Source: a virus. Taken from it: a stretch of 64,000 nt of DNA. The stretch is from the UHGV virus genome UHGV-1455077; one strand, written 5' to 3'. A program made the position numbers and the translations under genes. This document shows positions 27,148 through 36,548 of this stretch, piece by piece (positions within the stretch are counted from its first letter, which is position 1; every line of letters begins with the position of its first letter). Below the pieces are notes generated by a model. That model ran no database searches. It was not told where the DNA came from and saw nothing but the letters and a program-made list of their open reading frames with translations.

Positions 27148-27219
27148 ATTTATCTTTTCTTTGCCTGCGTAATTTTTTTCATTATTTTTAATGATTCTAT
27201 TGGTTAATGGAGAAAAATT

Positions 27220-27459
27220 ATGAAATGGTACACACAACAAGATATGCCTTATGGAAAAGACCCAATTGTGATTAAAACAATTGATAAACAAATATTTGTT
27301 GGTAATCATCAACATATCCATAATTCAAGTCTTAAGCATAAATTTAAGAATGAAGAACAATGGGTATTAACGACTAATCAAAATAAAATTGAATGGTCAA
27401 AGGTTAAAGAATGGCATTATGTTCGTAAATTTATTGAAGTAATAGAAAGGAATTTTTAA
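27220..27459 (+). CDS. hypothetical protein
   Basis: 79-aa ORF. Confidence 0.4.
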   Translation: MKWYTQQDMPYGKDPIVIKTIDKQIFVGNHQHIHNSSLKHKFKNEEQWVLTTNQNKIEWSKVKEWHYVRKFIEVIERNF

Positions 27460-27460
27460 A

Positions 27461-27730
27461 ATGTCAAATTATCTAATAATGGTCTATGGTTTTTCTCATT
27501 GGACTTGGATTTACGATTTTAAAAATAAAAAATGGGATAGATTTAATTGGTGTAATAAAAACGCTAATGAAAAATTTATTGAAGTTGTTAAAACTCATCA
27601 TACTTTATTTTTTAATGCAACTGAAATGGAAGAAGCATATACAAAATTTGATGAAGATGAACTTGAATATATGGGTTTTGAAAATCCTAATTGGAAAGAT
27701 TTTGTAAAGGTTGTTAGTTATGTTTGTTAA
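27461..27730 (+). CDS. hypothetical protein
   Basis: 89-aa ORF. Confidence 0.4.
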   Translation: MSNYLIMVYGFSHWTWIYDFKNKKWDRFNWCNKNANEKFIEVVKTHHTLFFNATEMEEAYTKFDEDELEYMGFENPNWKDFVKVVSYVC

Positions 27731-28070
27731 AAAAATATTGATTTTTTGGATTACATTAATTACACTTGTTTTATGTATTTCTATAAGTGAAGCTAATGCA
27801 AAATATGTTATTGCATCAAGTTATCAATATTCAACTGATGATTTTGCAACACTTATAGAAATTTCTGAATTAAAAGGTTGCCAATTAAAAGGTAATATTT
27901 TTAATATTTCAAATAATGTAATTGGTATATTAATGGAATGTCCTCATAATTTTGATTATGATAAAATCTTTGAAAGATATATGGAAATTATGGATAATGA
28001 ACATATGGAAATTATGGATAATGAACATATTAAAATTGAAATGCCACGAGATATAGGAAGATTTCTATAA
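27711..28070 (+). CDS. secreted or membrane protein (signal peptide) with a short internal tandem repeat
   Basis: Hydrophobic N-terminus ILIFWITLITLVLCISISEANA; 24-nt direct repeat encoding MEIMDNEH twice. Confidence 0.4.
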   Translation: MLVMFVKKILIFWITLITLVLCISISEANAKYVIASSYQYSTDDFATLIEISELKGCQLKGNIFNISNNVIGILMECPHNFDYDKIFERYMEIMDNEHMEIMDNEHIKIEMPRDIGRFL

Positions 28071-28082
28071 ATATTTTAACAA

Positions 28083-28171
28083 TGGTGGACGTAGCCAAGT
28101 TGGTCGAAGGCGTTAGATTGTGGCTCTAATACATTAGAAACATCGTGGGTTCGAATCCCACCGTTCACCCC
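28083..28171 (+). tRNA. tRNA-His (GTG) with G-1 and C73, unusually long variable region
   Basis: G(-1) + acceptor GTGGACG/CGTTCAC + C73 + CCA; anticodon stem TTAGA/TCTAA; loop TTGTGGC; 15-nt variable region; T-arm GTGGG-TTCGAAT-CCCAC. Confidence 0.55.
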
Positions 28172-28174
28172 AGA

Positions 28175-28252
28175 TGGCTCGTTAGGCGAATTGGCATAGC
28201 CGTCTGTCTTAGGTACAGATGTTTGGGGGTTCGAGTCCCTCACGAGCTACCA
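28175..28252 (+). tRNA. class-I tRNA with anticodon TAG (would decode CUA Leu, but lacks the long variable arm)
   Basis: Acceptor GGCTCGT/ACGAGCT (G1.U72); anticodon stem GTCTGT/ACAGAT; loop CTTAGGT; 5-nt variable loop; T-arm GGGGG-TTCGAGT-CCCTC; A73 then CCA. Confidence 0.5.
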
Positions 28253-28285
28253 AAAATTAAATAATCTATTTTGAGAGTAATATAA

Positions 28286-28843
28286 ATGTCAGACATACAA
28301 AAAGTTAAACAAGAAGAAGTCATTTATTGTGATGATGAATCTAAATGGGATAAAATTAAAGAAAAGTTTGATGATATTCTTTATGAAATATTACCTCGTT
28401 TTTTATATAGATTTTTACATAATTTATTTAATTTATCTATGTGGAGAGGAAAAATTAGAAGATTTTTCCAAAGAATAATAAGAGGATGGGATGATTCTGA
28501 TACTTGGTCATTAGATACAACTTTTTATCAATGGTTTTTACCAAGATTTAAAAGATTTCAAGAATTAAATTGTGGTTATTCTTGTGGTTATGAAACATTT
28601 GAACAATGGGATAATGAGTTAAAAGAAAAAATTTATGAGTTGGAAATGCTTATTAAATATATGGATGATAATAAAAATTTTCCAATTAACAAATATTTAA
28701 CAAGTGAATTTATTAAAGAATTTGATATTGATAATAATAAAATTAAAAATGACAAATCTTATCATAATTTATGGGCATATACAGCTTGTTTAGAAAATTT
28801 TAATAATTGGTTTGGTAAAAAAATTAATCATTTGTGGTGGTAA
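28286..28843 (+). CDS. hypothetical protein
   Basis: 185-aa ORF. Confidence 0.45.
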   Translation: MSDIQKVKQEEVIYCDDESKWDKIKEKFDDILYEILPRFLYRFLHNLFNLSMWRGKIRRFFQRIIRGWDDSDTWSLDTTFYQWFLPRFKRFQELNCGYSCGYETFEQWDNELKEKIYELEMLIKYMDDNKNFPINKYLTSEFIKEFDIDNNKIKNDKSYHNLWAYTACLENFNNWFGKKINHLWW

Positions 28844-29186
28844 AAAATGTTTAAAGATTTATGGTTTGAAATTAAAGAATGGTTATATGCTATTTGTTGG
28901 CTATTTAAATAAAAGTTGGAAAAGAAATTATAAAGGAAAACATCAATAGAAGGAATCATAATGGCAACATTAAGTAAAGATTCTAAATATTATGATATTT
29001 CCAATGGCTCAAGAAAATATATAAAATATATTACCAAAAGAAAAGCCAGAAGAAATTTTAAAAAAGGATTGATGGAAGTTAATTCTAAAAAATTAATTGG
29101 CTGTAAAGAATATTATTTCGATAGATATTGGTAAATAAAAAAAGAATTAAAAATAATTATTATGTCAAACTTAATTACTATGTTTT

Positions 29187-29477
29187 ATGGAAAATAAAGA
29201 TAGTTTAATTTTTCAGATGTACCACGTTAATAACGGTAAGTCCTTTGATTCAAAAAATTGTGTGCTTCTAATGGATTCAAAAGTTCATAAGTACCCAGAA
29301 GAAAAGTGTCCGTTTTGTAATAGTGTTCTGGAAGAAGGTCATTCAAAGGATTGTATGATGTATGAATATCCAGAAATATCTATTTGGTGGTTTATTTTAC
29401 CCATATTACTGTTAATTATGACAGGTTATATGTGGTTAAAATTTAAAATAAATGAATATCGTAAGCGAAAAAAATAA
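29187..29477 (+). CDS. hypothetical protein with C-terminal TM helix and CxxC motif
   Basis: KCPFCNS...; hydrophobic WWFILPILLLIMTGYMWL. Confidence 0.4.
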   Translation: MENKDSLIFQMYHVNNGKSFDSKNCVLLMDSKVHKYPEEKCPFCNSVLEEGHSKDCMMYEYPEISIWWFILPILLLIMTGYMWLKFKINEYRKRKK

Positions 29478-29502
29478 TTTTTGCAACTAATTTTTTCATT
29501 TT

Positions 29503-29542
29503 AAGTGTATTACTGCTTGTGAAAGTCGTATACACTTTTTTT
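29503..29542 (+). terminator. rho-independent terminator
   Basis: aagtgtattactgcttgtgaaagtcgtatacacttttttt. Confidence 0.7.
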
Positions 29543-29617
29543 ATTTTTCCTATTGACAAGTAATTTTTATATGTTATATTAACCTTATCAAAAACAACAA
29601 TGAAAGGTTAATAAGAT
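29536..29617 (+). repeat. promoter and 5'UTR module, copy 2 (identical to 9543-9624)
   Basis: 82 bp identical, including TTGACA, -10, leader hairpin and RBS. Confidence 0.7.
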
Positions 29618-29813
29618 GTCTAAAATTGCTAAATTTGTTTTAAGATTTGGTTACAAAGATAAATTTGTTTTAAAAACAGGTAATTTATATTCTGAACGTG
29701 GCGTTAACTCCATTGAAGAAGCTAATCAATTAGTTAAAGAAGCAAATATGAAAATGTTTGATGAGGTAACTTTATTTAATCAGCGTAATTGGAGCATCGT
29801 TAAAAAGTATTAA
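29616..29813 (+). CDS. hypothetical protein
   Basis: 65-aa ORF downstream of the repeated promoter module. Confidence 0.45.
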   Translation: MSKIAKFVLRFGYKDKFVLKTGNLYSERGVNSIEEANQLVKEANMKMFDEVTLFNQRNWSIVKKY

Positions 29814-29820
29814 AAAAGAC

Positions 29821-29849
29821 TTGACAATATTGCAACTCCTTGTATAATA
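29821..29849 (+). promoter_or_regulatory. perfect consensus sigma70 promoter TTGACA-N17-TATAAT
   Basis: ttgacaatattgcaactccttgtataat. Confidence 0.7.
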
Positions 29850-29893
29850 CCAGTTATACAAGGAGTTTTTTATTTATAAAAAGGAATAAAATA

Positions 29894-30160
29894 ATGTGTA
29901 ACTATGATATTGATGTTTTATATGTCAGATTAGAAAACGCTGAAAAGAAAATTGCAGAATTAACAAATACTTTAAATGAAGTTATTAGAATTAATAACTT
30001 ATTTACTAAAGAATATCCAATAACAGTACCAATGGTAACAAAATTAATGGAAAAAACAGGTGAATGTTATTATACCTGTGAAAAAGCATTAATTAAAAAT
30101 CACGGTGATATGGAAAAAGCATTAGCGGGATTGGTTCGTTATACAAAGGAAGATATATGA
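29894..30160 (+). CDS. hypothetical protein (start moved to MCNYDID, RBS aaaaaggaataaaataATG)
   Basis: The track start at 29840 lies inside the promoter. Confidence 0.45.
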   Translation: MCNYDIDVLYVRLENAEKKIAELTNTLNEVIRINNLFTKEYPITVPMVTKLMEKTGECYYTCEKALIKNHGDMEKALAGLVRYTKEDI

Positions 30161-30423
30161 AAACACCAATTAAAATTAAACCCTGTTCTTGTGGTTGTAA
30201 ACATCCAAAATTTTATTCAGAAATGAATAAAGAGAAAACAACTGTCCATAATAATGAAGATGGTATAATGCTAGAAAAAGAAAACTGGTTTCCAGTAGGA
30301 ACAGCTTATTTTGGAACAGTAAAATGTAATGTTTGTGGTAAAACTAATGAAATGATTTCGTGGGGAACATCTTGGGAATCTTGTGCTAAAATTGCTATTG
30401 AAGATTGGAATAAAGACAAATGA
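30157..30423 (+). CDS. hypothetical Cys-containing protein
   Basis: ATGA overlap with upstream; CSCGCKHPK...CNVCGK. Confidence 0.45.
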   Translation: MKTPIKIKPCSCGCKHPKFYSEMNKEKTTVHNNEDGIMLEKENWFPVGTAYFGTVKCNVCGKTNEMISWGTSWESCAKIAIEDWNKDK

Positions 30424-30638
30424 TAGGTATGGAAAAAATTCTTGCTGAAATATTAATTGATAAGCAAAAAGAAGTAATTGCTCAATATGAAGAAATAATT
30501 AAAAAGAAAAATGAACAATTAATAAAAGAAATGAAAAGAGCTAACGAATTGTTTCAATTATCATATAAGAGAAAATTAAGAATTCAAGAATTAGAAAATG
30601 AATTATCTCAACTTAAAAATGAAAGAAATAAATTATGA
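30420..30638 (+). CDS. hypothetical coiled-coil protein
   Basis: Overlapping start and stop; heptad-rich. Confidence 0.4.
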   Translation: MIGMEKILAEILIDKQKEVIAQYEEIIKKKNEQLIKEMKRANELFQLSYKRKLRIQELENELSQLKNERNKL

Positions 30639-31048
30639 AAAAATATAAATGTACTTGGGGAAGTATTGAACAAATAATATGTTGTAATTCAGAAGATGAA
30701 GCAAGAGAGGAATTTGTATCATCTCTTATTTCTGATGAAGAATTAAATAATTTTTATTTTTATGAAGATTTACGTTTTGAAACAAAAGTTCAAGAAATTT
30801 TAAATATTGAAGTTGGTAAATGTTATCTGTCAAGAGATGGTAGAAAATGCTTTGTTTATTCTAAACCAAAATGCTTAAATGATACTTTTTTATTTAGCCG
30901 TGAAGAATTTCCAGATGATGTATTTTGGGAAACAAAATTAGATACAAAATTTTATCAATGCGATTCATCAGGAAAGATTTATAAAGATTATTGTGATAAT
31001 GAATTAAAAGAAATATTTAAAAATTTTGATTTAGTAGAGGAAATTTAA
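30635..31048 (+). CDS. hypothetical protein
   Basis: 137-aa ORF, translationally coupled. Confidence 0.45.
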   Translation: MKKYKCTWGSIEQIICCNSEDEAREEFVSSLISDEELNNFYFYEDLRFETKVQEILNIEVGKCYLSRDGRKCFVYSKPKCLNDTFLFSREEFPDDVFWETKLDTKFYQCDSSGKIYKDYCDNELKEIFKNFDLVEEI

Positions 31049-31050
31049 TT

Positions 31051-31293
31051 ATGACAAAAACAGAAATAACTAATAGTGGTATATATGGATTTGGATTATT
31101 AATTATTATATTTTTATTTACACTTACATTAGCAATACCTGGTTGTATAGCTTATGACCAACAAAAAAGTAATCTTCGGTCAGAGGTTATAAATGATTTA
31201 TGCAATCAAAATAATGGAAAATATGATTTTTATGTATTAGATAAAACAACTTATCATTATATTGAAAAGGTCAATGAAAATGGCAGAAAATAA
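31051..31293 (+). CDS. small membrane protein
   Basis: TM segment GFGLLIIIFLFTLTLAIPG. Confidence 0.4.
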   Translation: MTKTEITNSGIYGFGLLIIIFLFTLTLAIPGCIAYDQQKSNLRSEVINDLCNQNNGKYDFYVLDKTTYHYIEKVNENGRK

Positions 31294-32017
31294 TAATTAT
31301 ATAAATTTTGATGGTAGTTATCCTCTTGTTAAAGAAGATGATACAGGTATAAGACCTGCGGGAAAACCTGATGAATGTTTTTATTGTGGTAGTAAAGTTG
31401 GTGAACCTCATAAACACGGATGTGTTACAGTTGTAAAAAAAGTTAAGTTAAAAGCAACAATTGAATATGAAAAAGAAGTTCCCGCCGATTGGGATGATGA
31501 ACAAATTTATTATCATTACAATTTAGGCACTTGGTGTGCAAATAATATTGTTGATGATTTAAAAGATTACATTGATGAATTAAATGAATATAATGATTGT
31601 TTATGTCATTATTCTGAAATAGAAGTTATTGAGGAACAAAAAATGAATGATATAAAAATTGAAAAGATAGATGTTAATTGTCCAGCAAGACCATTAAGTG
31701 AAGATTTTCAAGAATATTTTGATAAGTTATATGGTCGTCCTTGTACAGATATGTATGATTTTGAATTTCTTACTCTTGAAGAATGTGAAGAAAAAGGTTT
31801 AGATTGGGGTTGGAAATCTAAAAAGAAAGAAAATATTACAGAAGACCAAAAGATTAAAAAACAACGTGAAAAATATTCATATTTAGATATGAAACCTCTC
31901 ATTGTTACAGAAGAAATGACTAATATATCAACAGGTATAACTGAACAAGTTACAAATGAATTAAAAAAAGTTATTGATGAAGCAATTTTGGAAAGGCTAT
32001 TTGAAAATGAATATTAA
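31262..32017 (+). CDS. hypothetical acidic protein
   Basis: 251-aa ORF. Confidence 0.45.
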   Translation: MKRSMKMAENNNYINFDGSYPLVKEDDTGIRPAGKPDECFYCGSKVGEPHKHGCVTVVKKVKLKATIEYEKEVPADWDDEQIYYHYNLGTWCANNIVDDLKDYIDELNEYNDCLCHYSEIEVIEEQKMNDIKIEKIDVNCPARPLSEDFQEYFDKLYGRPCTDMYDFEFLTLEECEEKGLDWGWKSKKKENITEDQKIKKQREKYSYLDMKPLIVTEEMTNISTGITEQVTNELKKVIDEAILERLFENEY

Positions 32018-32465
32018 TGCAAAAATGTTCGAATTATTAAAATCAATATATCCTAAAATTGTAGCAGAACAGCTTACTTCTGTTCAATCTATTACTTCAA
32101 ATTTTAATGATGAATTAAGAAAAGAAATAGTTATTCCAGAATTTTATCAACAAATTATTGATGAAATTTCTAGTATGAAAACAAATTTTCGTTTCATTCA
32201 TTATGATAATCGTTTTGATAAAATTTCAGGTCACATTAATTTAGTAAATTATGACACACATATTTTTACTGGAAATTTAAAAAGCGAAAGTATCAAAGAC
32301 AAATATTTTGATATGTATAAAGAAGATATTGACATTATTAAAAATATTTGTAAGAATTACAATGTTAATGTTGAATTTAAATTATCTGATTTACATTGCT
32401 TTGCATTTGGGTGGTGTAATATAATTGATATGGAAATAAAGAAGAAAGATGAAAATAATGGCTGA
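32007..32465 (+). CDS. hypothetical protein (start uncertain; MNINAKMF or MFELLKS)
   Basis: The track start overlaps the upstream gene by about 40 nt. Confidence 0.4.
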   Translation: MNINAKMFELLKSIYPKIVAEQLTSVQSITSNFNDELRKEIVIPEFYQQIIDEISSMKTNFRFIHYDNRFDKISGHINLVNYDTHIFTGNLKSESIKDKYFDMYKEDIDIIKNICKNYNVNVEFKLSDLHCFAFGWCNIIDMEIKKKDENNG

Positions 32466-32937
32466 TAATCTAAATAGGTATATTATAAAATTATGTAATG
32501 ATTTACAAGATGGTAAAGAATTATTTTATGAAATCCCTTTATTTGATAATATTGAAAAAATTATAAATGATAAAAATATGATTGATGAAAAACAAATTAA
32601 AAATAATTTTCAAATATTCATTTCTGCATTAAATCATTTACCAAGAAATAGTTTTATATTTAAAACAATTATAATTAAAAAACCAACTAATAGTAATGAT
32701 ATTACAAATAAATTGCAAAAATGGTTTCAAGAAAGTTTAGAAAATTTAGGTGATTTATTAAATTATGCTATTGGTTTTGAATTAGATAATATTGAAGATT
32801 TAATTTGGAAAAATAATCCTAAATATGCTATTTATAAAACACCCATAGGATTACTTAAAATATTTCCAATGACTTGGTTTTGTAACGATAATTTTGAAAT
32901 ATTGTGCAGTAAAATTATTAATGGAGATAATAAATGA
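32449..32937 (+). CDS. hypothetical protein
   Basis: 162-aa ORF. Confidence 0.45.
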   Translation: MKIMADNLNRYIIKLCNDLQDGKELFYEIPLFDNIEKIINDKNMIDEKQIKNNFQIFISALNHLPRNSFIFKTIIIKKPTNSNDITNKLQKWFQESLENLGDLLNYAIGFELDNIEDLIWKNNPKYAIYKTPIGLLKIFPMTWFCNDNFEILCSKIINGDNK

Positions 32938-32957
32938 AAATAAAAAGGAAATAATAA

Positions 32958-33188
32958 ATGCAAAAACTAAATATTAAAATGCCACGCCCTATGCCTGATG
33001 ATTATAATATTGAATTAGAAAAAGGCAATTATATTGTTAAAGATACTAGAGGTAATTTTTATATTGATACTTGGTTAGATAATACAATGGGATTTTATTG
33101 TTGGGAACTTGATGCTTTATCAGAAATTGTATGTAAATTGCCTGATTGTGAAACTTTAATGAAAATTTTGGAAGACTATAAAAATTAA
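32958..33188 (+). CDS. hypothetical protein
   Basis: 76-aa ORF. Confidence 0.4.
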   Translation: MQKLNIKMPRPMPDDYNIELEKGNYIVKDTRGNFYIDTWLDNTMGFYCWELDALSEIVCKLPDCETLMKILEDYKN

Positions 33189-33200
33189 GGAGATTTTTAT

Positions 33201-33518
33201 ATGAAAAAAATATTTTTAGTTATTTTAATGTGTTTAATTTCATATAATGCAAATGCAGGAATATTTACATATTTGGAAGCATCAGGTGCTAATAATGCGG
33301 CTAATAAGGCATTAAATAGTCAAGAACAATTAAATAATAGACTTATTCGTTTAGAAAACGAAATAATTCAAATAAAAAATGAAATTGTTGAAAATAGAAA
33401 GTATTTAATTATAATTAAAGAACATTTGAAAGCAGATGAAAAAGAAATTGTTAAGAAACAGGTTTCTTATCCTATAATGCCTAATAATGAATTAAAAAAT
33501 TATACAATACGATATTAA
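33201..33518 (+). CDS. secreted coiled-coil protein (signal peptide)
   Basis: MKKIFLVILMCLISYNANAG signal-like N-terminus; RBS aaggagatttttatATG. Confidence 0.45.
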   Translation: MKKIFLVILMCLISYNANAGIFTYLEASGANNAANKALNSQEQLNNRLIRLENEIIQIKNEIVENRKYLIIIKEHLKADEKEIVKKQVSYPIMPNNELKNYTIRY

Positions 33519-33526
33519 AGGACAAA

Positions 33527-34090
33527 ATGAATAATATAACATTTATTTCTAATGGTAATGTAAAAGATTACCCAAGTCAACCTGTTAGTTATACATTAAC
33601 TTGGAAAAGACAAACAATAAATTTTAATAAGGAAACAGAAATGCAAGATAAAATTTTAAACGCTTATAAGCAGGCAGTTAAAGAAAATGATTTTTGGAGA
33701 AAGAAAGTTTTAACTACTTTACGCTCTGAAATTAAAAATATGGAAATTATGCTTCGTCCAAAAAATTTAACACCAACTGATGCAGATATTCTTTGTGTTA
33801 TTCAAAAAATTATTAAACAAGATAAAGAAGCACTTGGTATGTTTATTGAAAGTGGACGACAAGATTTGATTGATGCAACTAATACTGAAATTACAATTCT
33901 TGAAGAATTTTTACCAACACAATTAACAAATGATGAAATTGATAATATCATCAAACAAGAAATTGAAAATAATAGCTATTCATCAATGAAAGATATGGGC
34001 AAATTGATGGGATATTTTAAGAATAATTATTCTGGTCAATGTGATATGGGATATGTATCTAAGAAAATTAAGGAGATGTTAAATGGATAA
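33527..34090 (+). CDS. GatB/YqeY-domain protein
   Basis: C-terminal pattern TILEEFLPTQLTNDEIDNIIKQEI...MKDMGKLMGYFKNNYSGQCDMGYVSKKIKEML matches the YqeY / GatB C-terminal domain. Confidence 0.5.
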   Translation: MNNITFISNGNVKDYPSQPVSYTLTWKRQTINFNKETEMQDKILNAYKQAVKENDFWRKKVLTTLRSEIKNMEIMLRPKNLTPTDADILCVIQKIIKQDKEALGMFIESGRQDLIDATNTEITILEEFLPTQLTNDEIDNIIKQEIENNSYSSMKDMGKLMGYFKNNYSGQCDMGYVSKKIKEMLNG

Positions 34091-34340
34091 TATATTTGCA
34101 GGATTATCTAAAAAGCAAATATTATTAATATTGATGATGGCATATAAATGTAGTACATTAGTATCTCCATTAGATATGAAAAAAATTTACAATATTTCTT
34201 ATGATAGAAATTTTTCAGAATTTTTAAAAGATTTATGTTATAAAATTGATAATAATGAAATAATGAATATTGATAATGATTATTTTTATTCAAAAGTTTT
34301 AAATAATTTAGAAAATGAATTAATAAATGAGGAAAAATAA
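34083..34340 (+). CDS. hypothetical protein
   Basis: 85-aa ORF. Confidence 0.4.
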   Translation: MDNIFAGLSKKQILLILMMAYKCSTLVSPLDMKKIYNISYDRNFSEFLKDLCYKIDNNEIMNIDNDYFYSKVLNNLENELINEEK

Positions 34341-34827
34341 AATGTTTAAACTAATCGGTAATACTATTGATAAAATGATGTCAAGTTTTGATAAATGTTT
34401 CGATAAATTCGATAAATTGGATAAATGTATAGATAAATTTGAAAGTAATTTTGCAGGTGGTACATTTACAAATTGTAACTTTAAAAGTTTTAGAATTTCA
34501 AGTAAAGAAAAAAATAATATTCAAATTGGTAATAAAACGTATAATGGTAAAAATATTAGAGGTGTTAATAATAAAATTATTATTGATGATAATATTGTGC
34601 TTGATTCTTCTGAAATTCCTATAATTATTATTAATAGTGATGTTGATGGTATAGATGCCACTTCTGTAATAGTTAATGGTAATGTTAATGGAGATATTGA
34701 TTGTACATCTATTAAAGTAGCTGGAAATGTAAAAGGTGATATAGATGGTACAAATGTTACTATTGAAGGAAATTATGAAGGCAATATTGATGGACTAAAT
34801 GTTACAATTAATAACAAAGGAAAATAA
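34327..34827 (+). CDS. beta-helix repeat protein (bactofilin-like repeats)
   Basis: NVNGDIDCTSIKVAGNVKGDIDGTNVTIEGNYEGNIDGLNVTIN repetitive pattern. Confidence 0.35.
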   Translation: MRKNKMFKLIGNTIDKMMSSFDKCFDKFDKLDKCIDKFESNFAGGTFTNCNFKSFRISSKEKNNIQIGNKTYNGKNIRGVNNKIIIDDNIVLDSSEIPIIIINSDVDGIDATSVIVNGNVNGDIDCTSIKVAGNVKGDIDGTNVTIEGNYEGNIDGLNVTINNKGK

Positions 34828-35042
34828 TGAAAAACGAAAGTTGTATAATATCAGATGTTCTTGATTGTGATGGTTTATATCAAGTAACATATAATAGAAA
34901 ATGCAATAATTGTGATTATCAAGAATTAAAAGATAGAAAATTTGTTCAAGTTTTAAAAAATGGATATACTCAAGATATTGATAATTGGCGTTGTCCAAAA
35001 TGTAATTCATTAAATATTACTCAAATAATTGCAGATAAATAA
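34827..35042 (+). CDS. zinc-ribbon protein
   Basis: CNNCDY...CPKCNS. Confidence 0.4.
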   Translation: MKNESCIISDVLDCDGLYQVTYNRKCNNCDYQELKDRKFVQVLKNGYTQDIDNWRCPKCNSLNITQIIADK

Positions 35043-35074
35043 GTTAAAATAATAAACTTAAAAAGGAGTCTGTT

Positions 35075-35362
35075 ATGACATTTAAAGAAATTTGGACATC
35101 ATTTTGTGATAAAACAAAAGAACAAGGAATTAAGGCTTGGGAAGGCATCAAACAAGTATGTTCATCATCTTTTACAATTTTAAAAAATGCAGTTGTTGGT
35201 TTCTTTACAGGAATCTATAATTGGTTAATTGAAATTGTAACTGGTGTAGGTAAAATTGCTATGGCATTAATTTCATTTGTTTTTACTGCAATTGGTTCAG
35301 CTATTTTTGCAACATTAAAATTATGTTTAGATAAATTAGTTGATTGGGTAATGAAATGGTAA
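35075..35362 (+). CDS. small membrane protein
   Basis: Hydrophobic segments; RBS aaaaggagtctgttATG. Confidence 0.45.
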   Translation: MTFKEIWTSFCDKTKEQGIKAWEGIKQVCSSSFTILKNAVVGFFTGIYNWLIEIVTGVGKIAMALISFVFTAIGSAIFATLKLCLDKLVDWVMKW

Positions 35363-35429
35363 TCTAATTTAAATTAGACTAATCTATACTATATAAATAA
35401 ATGCATAATAAAGAAAAAAGGATTTTATT

Positions 35430-36098
35430 ATGCATTTTTTATTTTCAACAATAAGTGGTTTTATTGAATCAATCTGGCGTAGATGGTATGGTGGTTGGAT
35501 TGAAGGAACTATGGAAGATAAATTACCTAAATGGTTATATAGATTTTTATCTTCTCGTGGAACACAAACTATTTTTAATTTAATTGTTTTATTTGGCATC
35601 TTTATGCTTAATCCTATATGGACGACAACACCATTGTCTTCTTGGTTAATTTCTCACGGAATATATGATTGGTGTATAGCATCAATAATGTCAATTATTA
35701 TACAATTTGAATTTTGGAGTCGAGGACACGGCCCAGCATTTGATGAAGGCAGAGGAATACCAACACAAGAAACAATAGATAGATACCAAAAAGTTTGGTG
35801 GGTGTTCATTCCGAATAAATTAGTTCCTAAAGAACATTGGTATGGTTTTCTTTATGATTTTATTTGGATGTGGACAAGATATACTATTGGATTATTCTTA
35901 ATGATTCCATTTTTATGGTCATTTAATATTCTTTGGTTAGGCTTAATTACAACAAGCATTTATGCATTATGTTGGACTTTATATGAACGAGAACCTTGGA
36001 TATTTCCATTAATACCGTGGAAAATGACATCAGTCGCTACACAATTAGCTGAATTATTAGTAGGGTTTGTAGTAGGTTTTTGGCTAATGTGGTTTTAA
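35430..36098 (+). CDS. polytopic membrane protein, Trp-rich
   Basis: Several predicted TM helices (IFNLIVLFGIFML, WLGLITTSIYALCW, LLVGFVVGFWLMWF). Confidence 0.45.
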   Translation: MHFLFSTISGFIESIWRRWYGGWIEGTMEDKLPKWLYRFLSSRGTQTIFNLIVLFGIFMLNPIWTTTPLSSWLISHGIYDWCIASIMSIIIQFEFWSRGHGPAFDEGRGIPTQETIDRYQKVWWVFIPNKLVPKEHWYGFLYDFIWMWTRYTIGLFLMIPFLWSFNILWLGLITTSIYALCWTLYEREPWIFPLIPWKMTSVATQLAELLVGFVVGFWLMWF

Positions 36099-36137
36099 TA
36101 TTTTGTAGAAAAGTGTTATACATTTTCTACAAAAATC

Positions 36138-36165
36138 TTGACATTATTAAAAATTATGATATAAT
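36138..36165 (+). promoter_or_regulatory. sigma70 promoter TTGACA-N16-TATAAT
   Basis: tcttgacattattaaaaattatgatataat. Confidence 0.6.
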
Positions 36166-36197
36166 AAATATAATTTTTAATTTATTGGAGAAATAAA

Positions 36198-36548
36198 ATG
36201 TTGAATTATGAAAAATACAAAAATACATTAAAACCTGCACCAAGATTTTATGATGAATGTATTGAACTTAAGAAATTACAAAAACTTAATGAATTAACTC
36301 CTGCTCAACAGTTAAGAGTAAAAGAATTAGAAAATTTTATTGAGAACGCCAAAAAGCAAGCCGATTTATATGATGCTGAAGAAAAGCAATTGCGTGACCT
36401 TTGGATTAATGATTTGTATGAAGAATATGGTGTAAAAGATAATCCTAAAGCAGATGATGCTTACCATCTTGCTTATGAATATGGACACGCTTATGGATAT
36501 TCTGACATTGAAAATTATTTTAGTGATTTAGTAGAACTTATTAAATAA
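36198..36548 (+). CDS. hypothetical protein
   Basis: 116-aa ORF with RBS ttggagaaataaaATG. Confidence 0.45.
   Translation: MLNYEKYKNTLKPAPRFYDECIELKKLQKLNELTPAQQLRVKELENFIENAKKQADLYDAEEKQLRDLWINDLYEEYGVKDNPKADDAYHLAYEYGHAYGYSDIENYFSDLVELIK

Noticed and set aside
22580-28252. Suppressor tRNAs / stop-codon recoding, suggested by class-I tRNAs with anticodons TGA and TAG
   Set aside because: Read 5'-3' the anticodons are UGA and UAG, which pair with the sense codons UCA and CUA, not with stop codons. All long late ORFs (up to 912 aa) are intact under the standard code, so there is no evidence of reassignment.
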